Shown here in pieces: positions 1 to 12,200 of a stretch of 64,000 bases of DNA (positions are counted from its first letter, which is position 1; the number at the start of each line of letters is the position of its first letter). Source of the DNA: Bugula neritina (Eukaryota; Animalia; Bryozoa); NCBI GenBank assembly GCA_964035545.1, contig OZ037768.1:2264741-2328740 (forward strand). The letters are read 5' to 3'. The notes beneath the pieces were generated by a model. It was not told where the DNA came from. It saw only the letters and a program-made list of their open reading frames with translations, and made no database searches. The translations under genes were made by a program, and so were the position numbers.

Positions 1-97
1 TACTTGTGTTTACTCAGTATTACTTGTGTTTCCTCTGTATTACTTGTGTTTACTCTGTATTACTTGTGTATACTCTGTATTACTTGTGTTTACTCCA
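1..97. repeat. 20-bp intronic minisatellite (TACTTGTGTTTACTCTGTAT) running into the DHX37 acceptor at 97-98
   Basis: About 5 copies visible; truncated by the window edge. Confidence 0.9.
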
Positions 98-98
98 G

Positions 99-3000
99 GC
101 AGCCCAAGACCTTCTCATAAAGCTCGGAGCCCTGAAGGTCACCAAAGGTCGATTCAGAAGAGCTATAAGTAAGTGACCCTCTTATCCTGACCCCTTATAC
201 TGAACGCAAGTTTGTTTGTTTGTTTGTTTTATTTTGTCGTAGTTGGGGAAAAAAATTAATTGAAAAAAAATAAACAAAATGACAGGGCCTATGGCGCAAT
301 AGCACTGTAGCTAGTCGAGGCACCGAGCCATGAATGGTTGACAGTTATATAAGATTTTTGTTTAGGTTTTTGGAAGTTTTAGCAACTCGAAGAGTTTTAT
401 TTTTTTATCTGGAAATTTGCCATTAGGTGGTCTCTCAGGGCAAGTTCTGGTTGTTAGCTTTCTTAGCTGATATAAGTAAAATATACCTTTTAGAGTCTCA
501 AGTCTCATAAATCCCCAGTATTCACAATTTATTTTGATTAAATTTTTGAGTTTCGGCATATTATTGATGTACGCTGAAACTTCAGCGCACTAGTGTATGT
601 ATGTAGTGGTTGGTTGTGTGTAGTGGTTGGTTGTGTGTAGTGGTTGGTTGTGTGTAGTGGTTGGTTGTGTGTAGTGGTTGGTTGTGTGTAGTGGTTGGTT
701 GTGTGTAGTGGTTGGTTGTATGTAGTGGTTGGCTGTGTGTAGTGGTTGGTTGTGTGTAGTGGTTGGTTGTGTGTAGTGGTTGGTTGTGTGAAGTGGTTGG
801 TTGTGTGTAGTGGTTGGCTGTGTGTAGTGGTTGGCTGTGTGTAGTGGTTGGCTGTGTGTAGTGGTTGGCTGTGTGTAGTGGTTGGTTGTGTGTAGTGGTT
901 GGTTGTGTGTAGTGGTAGTGTGTGGTTAATATTATGTTATATTTTCAGCTGATGAGGTCAGCACTCAAATAACGGACCTGGGGAAGACGATGGCACTGTT
1001 TCCTGTAGCTCCCCGATATGCCAGGATGTTAGCCTTGGCTCATCAAAAGGATCTGCTGGAGTATATTATAGCCATTGTGTCGGCCTGCTCTGTCCAGGAG
1101 CTTTTTGTGGAGGACAGTCTAAATTCAGCCTTAGAGGCAAGCACTCTCTATACGTACAATCTCAGTCTAATAGCTCTATTACAAGCTGGTTGAATTTATT
1201 TTAGCCCTTTTAAGCCGCGATAACTACTAAATGATGTAATCAACGCCGTTGTGGTTAAGCCAAGTACTTGGAAAAAAACACACAACTGAAATATGTGGCA
1301 TCATCTGCATGTTGCTAGGCAGCACACCTTGCCTAGCAACACATAAACACTCGTGAAATGTAATGTTTTGATATTTTGAAAAAAGTTTGCAGCCCAACAT
1401 GATAGGATTGAAAGTTAAAAAGCAGTAATATACGGTTGTGGGTAACTAAAAGGAAATAAAAAAAAAAAGATATAAAGTCATTTGCAGTTCATGCAATGTA
1501 TTTATTCCCTAGCTCTGCAGTCACAAGTGAATGGATGTGTTTGTGAGAAAACCACATTACAATACGCATAATACATTATTTTTGAGCTTCGTCTATAATA
1601 ATTCCATACCGAAACTGCTTTAATAATTCTCCACTAGGTTTTCTGTTTCCAACTTTCTCATTTGTTGATGTAGGATGGTGACATGTCCAAGATGGCTGCC
1701 CGAATAAACAAGCAGAAGACTCAGTGGGCAGGCCGGGTATATATTCAATGTCAATAATATGCTTTCATTATTTTTATATTTGTAATTTTATTCTAACATG
1801 AGCAGTAGCTGAAAAGTGTTTTCGGTTATGCTAATTAAATTTTATAGACTGCATATTTGCTAAATGAAGAAACATCTGCTGTAGTCTCCCCTGTTTTGGT
1901 GCATTATTTCAAGTTTAGTATAGTTCTCTGTATTTAAGTGCAATACTTCAAATTCATACTATCAGGTGATGCAGAAATGTGTATTATAATAGAAATAGTT
2001 GTAATACAATGTTACAATGTTAACTTCACCAGCTGCCTCTGGTAATCATGACTCATCCACATTGCTGACTTTCCTCGTAGGGCCAGTCACTGCTGACAGG
2101 AGATGCTATGGTGTATCTGAAAGCTATTGGGGCAGCGGAGTTTGCTGGAGGCACTCCCGCATTCTGTGAGTTGAATGGGCTGAGATTTAAGGCTATTTCT
2201 GAAGTACGGAAGCTACGAGTGCAACTCACAAATATCGGTGAATATTTTTAATCTCAATTGTAGTGCAACAGGCAGTTCTTTTAACTTTACCAACATCAAT
2301 TTAGTGTGTAGTAATATTCAACTGTGTACTGTAATATATTGTGTAACATTCAACTGTATACTGTAATATATTATGCAATATCTTGTTGTAGTGAACTCGG
2401 TATTGCCGTCGGCACAGATATGTGTAGACCCAAAAATGTCTCCCCCAACAGAGATTCAGGCTAAGCTGATTCGACAGATCATGCTGGTCGGACTAGCTGA
2501 TAGGGTGGCCAGGTATCTGTGTGTCAGTACTCAGTGTGTTGACAAGTGCTCTGTCTGTCAGTACTCAGTGTGTTGACAAGTGCTCTGTCTGTCAGTACTC
2601 AGTGTGTTGACAAGTGCTCTGTCTGTCAGTACTCAGTGTGTTGACAAGTGCTCTGTCTGTCAGTACTCAGTGTGTTGACAAGTGCTCTGTCTGTCAGTAC
2701 TCAGTGTGTTGACAAGTGCTCTGTCTGTCAGTACTCAGTGTGTTGACAATGCTCTGTCTGTCAGTACTCAGTGTGTTGACAAGTGCTCTGTCTGTCAGTA
2801 CTCAGTAATGATTTGGTTCTCATTCTAATATATTTAATATTACGTGTGCGGGTCTATCATCTCTCTCATTGTCTCTAATATTTTACTCTATTCTACTGCT
2901 CTTCTCTAATAGAGTTCTGTAATATCAGTTCTACTTATAAGTAGTTTATAACTAATATATAATAAGTTGTAGTAGCAGTAGCCGATTCAAGTTACTTTAG

Positions 3001-6000
3001 TCTACAGTCTGCTATATTCGCTGAATGTCATGCCTGTACCTGCTGTGATGTTTTCAGACTAAATGTAGTGCCGAATAATGCAGAACCTGATGTTAAAAAG
3101 AAAATGAGAAACTCTTATCAGGTAAGATAGTCGTTTCTCTTTGATGTTCTTATGTTATACAGTGTCAGTAGTTCCTATTGGTACAAAAAGTCACAGAAAA
3201 CCTTCCAGGTTGTAGCATTCTTGATAAAAATAGTTGAAAAATTGAACTAAATTTGATTTTCAGATTTCATGCAACTTCAATGAGCAATAATTGCTTATGT
3301 TTTGCAGCAAAACGCAAGCAATTTGATTACCATTTTCTATCAGTAAATGTGCTAAGTTTGATTGGATGGGAGCATATTACGCAACTGAAGAATAGCTTGT
3401 TCTCGCGTGTTGTGTAGTGCCGCGTAAGTTTCGCCAGTAAATTAGCCTGTGATCCTTGTTATTGTAGACAACCCTCATCAATGACTATTGTTACATCCAC
3501 CCGTCTTCTGTACTCTATAAGAAGAATCCGGAATATGTTGTCTACCAGGATATAATGGAGGCTAATGATAAGGTCTACCTGAGAGGTCTGTGTGTGTGGT
3601 GACTTAGATGTCGGTGTGTGTTGTGACTTAGAGGTCAATGTGTCATGACTTAGAGCTCGGTGTGTTGTGACTTAGAGCTCGGTGTGTTGTGACTTTAAGG
3701 TCTGTGTGTGTTGTGACTTAGAGGTCATTGTGTTGTGACTTAGAGGTCTGTGTGTGTTGTGACTTAGAGCTCGGTGTGTTGTGACTTTAGGGTCTGTGTG
3801 TTGTGACTTAGAGGTCTGTGTGTGTTGTGACTTAGATGTCAGTGTGTCGTGACTTAGAGGTCTGTGTGTGTTGTGACTTAGAGATATGTTCTGATGTAGA
3901 AGTCAGTGTGTTGTGACTTAGATGTCTGCTGATACCTTAATAAATTTTTCAACCAAGTCTGGGAAACCTTCAGTGGATACTTGTAGTTGAAGTCTGAAGC
4001 ATTCAAAGTAATGGAAAGTGTCTATTGACAAACACCTTTAAATTGGGAAGTTGCGGAGCTATTCTTGTTTTCTGTAGGTGTGATCGCGATTGAACCTGAT
4101 TGGTTGCCGATATATGCTGCTGAGAGGTGCACTTTCTCTCCTCCTCTGGACAATCCGCCCCCCAGATATGTTGGCCGCTTCGGGACTGTCAAATGTCACA
4201 TGGCGTCCACATTTGGTGAGTTTTCCCGCATTACCGTAAATGGAGTGTAATCCTGCGGGACTTGGACTGCTGCATTTCTGTCATTTATGTTTGTGTACTA
4301 TTAGTCAGTAAACAGTGAAATATCTTTAGAATATATTATTATTTATACTAATGATTCAAGTGCTGACTTTAGGTCCACACTTGTGGCAGCTGCCGGTAAT
4401 TGAGCTGGATTACCCGGAGAAAGTAGAAAAATACAGATACTTTGCAATGGCTGTGCTTGACGGCAACGTTATCAGACATATGAAGAAACTGGTTCCCAAA
4501 TACCTCGCATCACCCTCCATAATGATAAAATCCTGGGCCAGGTGGGTGTAGTTATTATGTTACTAGGTGAGTGTAGTTGTTATATTACCAGGTGAGTGTA
4601 GTTATTATATTACCAGGTGGGTGTAGTTATTATATTACTAGGTGGGTGTAGTTGTTATATTACTAGGTGAGTGTAGTTATTATATTACTAGGTGAGTGTA
4701 GTTATTATATTACTAGGTGAGTTTAGTTATTATATTACCAGGTGGGTGTAGTTATTATATTACCAGGTGAGTGTAGTTATTATATTACTAGATGAGTGTA
4801 GTTATTATATTACTAGGTGAGTGTAGTTATTATATTACCAGGTGAATGTAGTTATTGTATTACTAGGTGAGTGTAGTTATTATATTACCAGGTGAGTTTA
4901 GTTATTATATTACCAGGTGAGTGTAGTTATTATATTACTAGGTGAGTGTAGTTATTATATTACTAGGTGAATGTAGTTATTATATTACTAGATGAGTGTA
5001 GTTATTATATTACTAGGTGAATGTAGTTATTATATTACTAGGTGAGTGTAGTTATTATATTACTAGGTGAGTGTAGTTATTATATTACTAGGTGAGTGTA
5101 GTTATTATATTACTAGATGAGTGTAGTTATTATATTACTAGGTGAGTGTTGTTATTATATTACCAGGTGAGTATAGTTATTATATTACCAGGTGAGTGTA
5201 GTTATTATATTACTAGGTGAATGTAGTTATTATATTACTAGGTGAGTGTAGTTATTATATTACCAGGTGAGTGTAGTTATTATATTACTAGGTGAGTGTA
5301 GTTATTATATTACTAGGTGAGTGTAGTTATTATATTACCAGGTGAGTTTAGTTATTATATTACTAGGTGAGTATAGTTATTGTATTACTAGGTGAGTGTA
5401 GTTATTATATTACTAGGTGAGTGTAGTTATTATATTACTAGATGAGTGTAGTTATTATATTACTAGGTGAGTGTAGTTATTATATTACCAGGTGAGTGTA
5501 GTTATTATATTACTAGGTGAGTGTAGTTATTATATTACTAGGTGAGTGTAGTTATTATATTACTAGGTGAGTATAGTTATTATATTACTAGATGAGTGTA
5601 GTTATTATATTACCAGGTGAGTGTAGTTATTATGTTACTAGGTGAGTGTAGTTATTATATTACTAGATGAGTGTAGTTATTATATTACTAGGTGAGTGTA
5701 GTTATTATATTACTAGGTGAGTATAGTTATTATATTACTAGATGAGTGTAGTTATTATATTACTAGATGAGTGTAGTTATTATATTACTAGGTGAGTGTA
5801 GTTATTATATTACTAGGTGAATGTAGTTATTATATTACTAGATGAGTGTAGTTATTATATTACTAGATGAGTGTAGTTATTATGTTACTAGGTGAGTGTA
5901 GTTATTATATTACCAGGTGAGTATAGTTATTATATTACTAGATGAGTGTAGTTATTATATTACTAGATGAGTGTAGTTATTATATTACTAGGTGAGTGTA

Positions 6001-8473
6001 GTTATTATATTACTAGGTGAATGTAGTTATTATATTACTAGATGAGTGTAGTTATTATATTACTAGATGAGTGTAGTTATTATATTACTAGGTGAGTGTA
6101 GTTATTATATTACTAGATGAGTGTAGTTATTATATTACTAGGTGAGTATAGTTATTATATTACTAGATGAGTGTAGTTATTATATTACTAGATGAGTGTA
6201 GTTATTATATTACTAGGTGAGTGTAGTTATTATATTACTAGGTGAATGTAGTTATTATATTACTAGATGAGTGTAGTTATTATATTACTAGATGAGTGTA
6301 GTTATTATATTACCAGGTGAGTATAGTTATTATATTACTAGATGAGTGTAGTTATTATATTACTAGATGAGTGTAGTTATTATATTACTAGGTGAGTGTA
6401 GTTATTATATTACTAGGTGAATGTAGTTATTATATTACTAGATGAGTGTAGTTATTATATTACTAGATGAGTGTAGTTATTATATTACTAGGTGAGTGTA
6501 GTTATTATATTACTAGGTGAATGTAGTTATTATATTACTAGATGAGTGTAGTTATTATATTACTAGATGAGTGTAGTTATTATATTACTAGGTGAGTGTA
6601 GTTATTATATTACTAGATGAGTGTAGTTATTATATTACTAGGTGAGTATAGTTATTATATTACTAGATGAGTGTAGTTATTATATTACTAGATGAGTGTA
6701 GTTATTATATTACTAGGTGAGTGTAGTTATTATATTACTAGGTGAATGTAGTTATTATATTACTAGATGAGTGTAGTTATTATATTACTAGGTGAGTGTA
6801 GTTATTATATTACCAGGTGAGTATAGTTATTATATTACTAGATGAGTGTAGTTATTATATTACTAGATGAGTGTAGTTATTATATTACCAGGTGAGTGTA
6901 GTTATTATATTACTAGGTGAGTGTAGTTATTATATTACTAGGTGAGTGTAGTTATTATATTACTAGATGAGTGTAGTTATTATATTACTAGGTGAGTGTA
7001 GTTATTATATTACCAGGTGAGTGTAGTTATTATATTACCAGGTGAGTGTAGTTATTATATTACTAGGTGAGTGTAGTTATTATATTACTAGGTGAGTATA
7101 GTTATTATATTACTAGATGAGTGTAGTTATTATATTACCAGGTGAGTGTAGTTATTATGTTACTAGGTGAGTGTAGTTATTATATTACTAGATGAGTGTA
7201 GTTATTATATTACTAGGTGAGTATAGTTATTATATTACCAGGTGAGTGTAGTTATTATATTACTAGGTGAGTGTAGTTATTATATTACTAGGTGAGTGTA
7301 GTTATTATATTACCAGGTGAGTGTAGTTATTATATTACTAGATGAGTGTAGTTATTATATTACTATATGAGTGTAGTTATTATATTACCAGGTGAGTGTA
7401 GTTATTATATTACTAGGTGAGTGTAGTTATTATATTACTAGATGAGTGTAGTTGTTATATTACCAGGTGAATGTAGTTATTATATTACTAGATGAGTGTA
7501 GTTATTATATTACTAGGTGAGTATAGTTATTATATTACCAGGTGAGTGTAGTTATTATATTACTAGGTGAGTGTAGTTATTATATTACTAGATGAGTGTA
7601 GTTATTATATTACTAGGTGAGTGTAGTTATTATATTACCAGGTGAGTGTAGTTATTATATTACTAGGTGAGTATAGTTATTATATTACTAGGTGAGTATA
7701 GTTATTATATTACTAGATGAGTGTAGTTATTATATTACCAGGTGAGTGTAGTTATTATGTTACTAGGTGAGTGTAGTTATTATATTACTAGATGAGTGTA
7801 GTTATTATATTACTAGGTGAGTATAGTTATTATATTACCAGGTGAGTGTAGTTATTATATTACCAGGTGGGTGTAGTTATTATATTACTAGATGAGTGTA
7901 GTTATTATATTACTAGGTGAGTGTAGTTATTATATTACTAGGTGAGTGTAGTTATTATATTACTAGATGAGTGTAGTTATTATGTTACTAGGTGAGTGTA
8001 GTTATTATATTACTAGATGAGTTTAGTTATTATATTACCAGGTGAGTTGTTATTATATTACTAGATGAGTGTAGTTATATTACTATATGATGTTGCAGAC
8101 TGCAGCCACGCACCGAGTCTATACTCAAAGCTCTCTACTCTTGTAAGATCTGTAGCAGAGAAAGTCTGAAAAAGAAATGGATAGACAACCGTAATTGTAA
8201 GTTGTCTGCTTTGTTTATTCTGTAAATGCTGGATTTGTCTTCTCAACAAATTTTATTCACTAATCTTACTTAGCTTGTGCAATTATAATTCATCATTTGA
8301 ACGGATAGCATTTGGATAAGGAAAAAGTGACTCCAACATTAAATTTAGCTCAATCTTTCTTTCTTTCAGATTTGTTGAGTGAAATCTTGGAATGGTTACC
8401 AGAGTCGGAACACGATGAAGTCAAGTTAAAATGGCCACCAATTAAATTACCAGTTGCTGAAGAAGACACGTGA
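99..8473 (+). CDS. DHX37: DEAH-box RNA helicase DHX37 (Dhr1/kurz), 3' part; 5' exons lie upstream of the window
   Basis: Phase-consistent exons 99-168, 949-1136, 1674-1736, 2081-2237, 2392-2512, 3058-3121, 3468-3585, 4078-4215, 4373-4541, 8099-8196, 8370-8473(TGA). Peptides [21 protein letters not shown] (HA2), [21 protein letters not shown] (OB fold), KSWARLQPRTE and [16 protein letters not shown] match the DHX37 C-terminal half. AATAAA near 8560. Confidence 0.95.
597..918. repeat. 17-bp intronic minisatellite (TAGTGGTTGGTTGTGTG), ~18-19 copies
   Basis: Direct tandem array in a DHX37 intron, ending ~30 nt before the acceptor. Confidence 0.95.
2516..2806. repeat. 34-bp intronic minisatellite (CTGTCAGTACTCAGTGTGTTGACAAGTGCTCTGT), ~8.5 copies, starting at the splice donor
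   Basis: GACAAG recurs at 2541, 2575 and onward with period 34. Confidence 0.95.
3580..3930. repeat. ~22-26-bp degenerate minisatellite (TTAGAGGTCTGTGTGTGTTGTGAC) containing the AGAG|GTCTGT donor
   Basis: Array begins at the exon end (3585); several units reproduce AGAGGTCTGT. Confidence 0.9.
4537..8086. repeat. 25-bp satellite (GGTGAGTGTAGTTATTATATTACYA), ~140 copies, filling DHX37 intron 4542-8098
   Basis: 25-bp period over ~3.55 kb with recurrent variants (GATGAG, GTGAAT, GAGTAT, TACCA/TACTA). Confidence 0.98.
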
Positions 8474-9287
8474 AGTCTCGTAAAATCTCGCAGTATTTTC
8501 TAACGTTGACTGTCAACTGCACATTGTTTAGAGATATTGTACTGTATTTATTAATCATAAATAAATGTCTTCTTTCATTCTTATCTAGTCCTGCATTGAC
8601 TAAACTGAAGGTATGTGAAGGAATTATTTTGTATCTCAACCATTCTTAGCAACATTCTGATAGATATATTGTTTCTGATAGTCATCTGCGTCAGAAGTTG
8701 TTTTAAAAGCAGAGTTTGTTTCATTTCCTCGAGATTACCATTGAAAAGTTTGGTATCAGTTATTAAAAAGTAAAGTTTGTCATCACTCTGGCTATTTAAC
8801 TACTCTTAAATCTTCATTTTACATGTCCATATTATGTACTCTGTTTTGTACATGTACATATAATTCATTCTTGCACTCTAGTTACGCTACTAGTTGGAAT
8901 ATATTCTTGTTTGCGTTGTATCAAAGAATCCATGTTATTATATAAACTATGTTGCAATAATATATATTTAGTGGATTTGTTGAAATAGCCAAAAAGAATT
9001 TATTTTGCTCATTTCTATCTCAAATTTAATGAAACCCTTAACAGCCTGCAGGCACATGCTTGTAGTACTCTCTGTTATCAGTGTGGAACTGTGCACATGT
9101 AGTCCATATGTCACCTGCACCATGGCCGTCACCTGCATCATGGCCGTATGCCAAGTACGCTGGCCTTGAACTGCCGTGATAAGAGTGAAAGTATGAATGA
9201 TTACCTGTTAGCATTATCAACTGTGTATATATACTACAAGAGCATTAATTCCATTTCTTTGGTGCCAAAAGTTGTGTCATTTGAAAG

Positions 9288-12200
9288 ATGTCTGTAAAGT
9301 GGAATATCACTGCGGCTGTTTTTCTCGCTCTGCTAGTCCAGGTATGTGTAATGGAACATTAGGTTGAGAAATGTTTCCTTTACTTTTAAGTTTTGTAAGA
9401 ATTGCATCTTTAAAAATTTGTTCCCTGTTTTAGAGTATTATTCATGTGATACTCAAATGAACTACCAACTTTTGTATCTAGTGCCAATGTTGCAGCTTTA
9501 CTCAAGTTGGGAATTATGTTGTATTTGAAACTCTTGGGTTGCCCAATAATCACCAAGAAACCTATGCAACAAGCGGTTGACTTGAAATTGAAGTAAAATA
9601 CTATTGACTTATTTAAAAACTAAGCTATCACAATGGTATGATAAAAGGTTTAGGGAGCCCACCATGGTTCATGGGTAAGAGATGATAGTATTGCATATGG
9701 TGTGTTATACTAGTGGGTTGAACCCCAACAAGGCTTTTGGTGTGTAGGCAAGATTATCTAGGCATACTAGTTTCAGTGTCACTTGGGAACTATCAAGCCA
9801 TGTTATCAACATGGCAAAATCTATAGCCTTTAGTTCTTACACTGTGTCTGTTAATACTTGTTTGTATGAGATCAATGCCCTGGTTTTTGTTTCAGACTCC
9901 TGGAGGGGAAGCCAACACTCCCCAACTTGGCAGTGTGGCAAGGTTTGTTCAGTACTGACATGTAACTCGTACTTGGAGGCAAGGCACTCTCTGTAGTTTA
10001 TTTAAACGTGTCAACGTGTCATACCAGTCTATCTACATTCTACACCAATAGAAATACTTACTAGGTTTTTGATCGATATGCCCAATCAAATTTGTCTATT
10101 TAATTACTGCAGTATATGGGATAGTGTCTATAAACTTGCGTGAGTGTATATGCTGAAAAATTGGCTGTGTTTTTAATCATAAATTGTGTGATTTCAGTTA
10201 TCAAGCTGAAATATTAGAACTGAAGAAGAATCAAAGTGAAGATGGGAAAGAGATAAAGCGTCTTGAGGCGGTTGTTAAGAGTCTTCGACTGGCGTATTAT
10301 GAGAGTCAGATGAACTTTTCTACATACAAGTAAATAAACCCTGCAGTAGATTAGCAGCACATCTAGAAATCTCAACCACAAACCCTATTATGCTTGGTAA
10401 TTGCTAGATGCAGCACTATGTGTGATGTCACTGAGTGTAATGTTTGTATAGACATCATTATCAGGACTCTTTACGGGCCCTACCCGCTGCACTCAATGAT
10501 CCCAAACTTTGTGCTGCATTCTCATTTTCCTCAGTTGATGATATTTTAACTTGCAAAATTCCAGCGTATTTACCAGTGTAAAGTAGTGTGGATAAGTGTT
10601 GTCTTATCAATTATGCAAATAATTTTGATTCTGTGAAATTATTTTATTCTTGAAAAATATTGCTTTCTAAGCCAAGTCTTATTTTATTAGTTGTGTTAGA
10701 AAAGCTTAGCTGACTATATTTTTTGCAAAATACAAAATATGCAAATATGTCAAAGGAGTAACGCAAAATACAAAAATACAAAGTCAAAACAGCTGTGTGT
10801 GACCTGACAGCGCCTATTAATTTCATAGAATATAATTTATACTATTTGTTGTTTAGCTGGTTTTAATTGTATAAGTTTATAATTCAGGGCTATTTTAAGG
10901 GAAAACCATAATTTGCCTTTCATTGCTGCCAGTAATTTTTAGATTATAGGCATTCTTCAAGGTACAATAATTAAAAAAGGTTTTAGAATACAAGATAAGT
11001 TTTAGATTTTTAAATGGAGGTATACCACAAAAAACTGACTTGTAGGGCAAATGCTGAAGCCTTGGAGCAGAGGCTAGTTGATCAGATAGATACTCAAGCT
11101 AAGCTCTATCAACAACTACAAGTTTCTTCAAATCGGACACACGATAGACTGGAGGTAATGATAGCAGACTACACTAAATGTACATCTTATCTCGTGTCAC
11201 TCGTACAGAAAGTCAATCAGAAGACCTCAGAGGTAAATGGTAGTCATTTTGTTCAGCTTTATTCAATCAAAAACTTCAATTTTCTGTCATTGTTTTAACG
11301 AGAAAAAGCACTTTCAACCAATAACTTGGTTATCAAATGTCCTTGTGCTTAACATTGTCGATTACGTCATATATGTCTATTATCTATAACAAATGTGTTT
11401 GCTTACGCAGCCTAATACGTAAATGTGCAGACGCACTTTGTCGGTATTGATATTGATAAGCCATATGTTCACACTCAACTCTTCTAGATATCTCCTGAAA
11501 CTTCCGTTCACCTGTACTTATAACAATGTTGAGCATTGCCACGATTGGCTAAGTCACAAATCACGATTCAAGTCATCACTTATGGTGTCAACTCAGATAG
11601 TGTACTCATGAACATATTTTATTTCTCTCAAAATTGTCCTGTTAAAGTACTTATTTGCGGTTTGTTAAACCAACTTAACAAATCACGAGACATATTCTAC
11701 ATTCGTAGTAGCACTTGAAGGTTTCCTTATAAAGATGTGAACATACTTGCCACACATTTTCTATAACTATTAATTAATTTTAGCTACAGAAATAGGAAAT
11801 AGAGATTTATTTTCTTAGACATGGCCATGAGTAAGTTTATAAGCCCTAGTATTTGATATTTGATTTTGTAAAAAACTTTACTCAAAAAATATTTTCAAGG
11901 TAACAGCACTAAATGCAACACTGGAGTCAAGCAGGCAGAAACTGGCAGCCTGCCAAAATCAAAATGTCACCTCACTAGTGTCCAATAAAAGCTCTCTTCA
12001 ACAATGTCAAGCTGACTTACTCCAGAAAGAGGCTGACCTTGCGAATGTCACTCAACAGTTGTCTGCGGCGAAAGCTGTTCATATATACCGGCTTCTATTC
12101 AGCACCAAGCAAAAGTTTAAAGACCTGCAGGTAAGAGGTTGCATCTACAAACTTAGAGAAATATTACCTGCTCACAGTTGGTATGCAATGATAATATAGT

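Noticed and set aside
597-918. Telomere-like or G-quadruplex repeat
   Set aside because: The unit has only GG doublets and is not TTAGGG/TTAGG; treated as an ordinary minisatellite.
4537-8086. CRISPR-like array
   Set aside because: Contiguous repeats with no unique spacers, no cas genes, and located in a eukaryotic intron.
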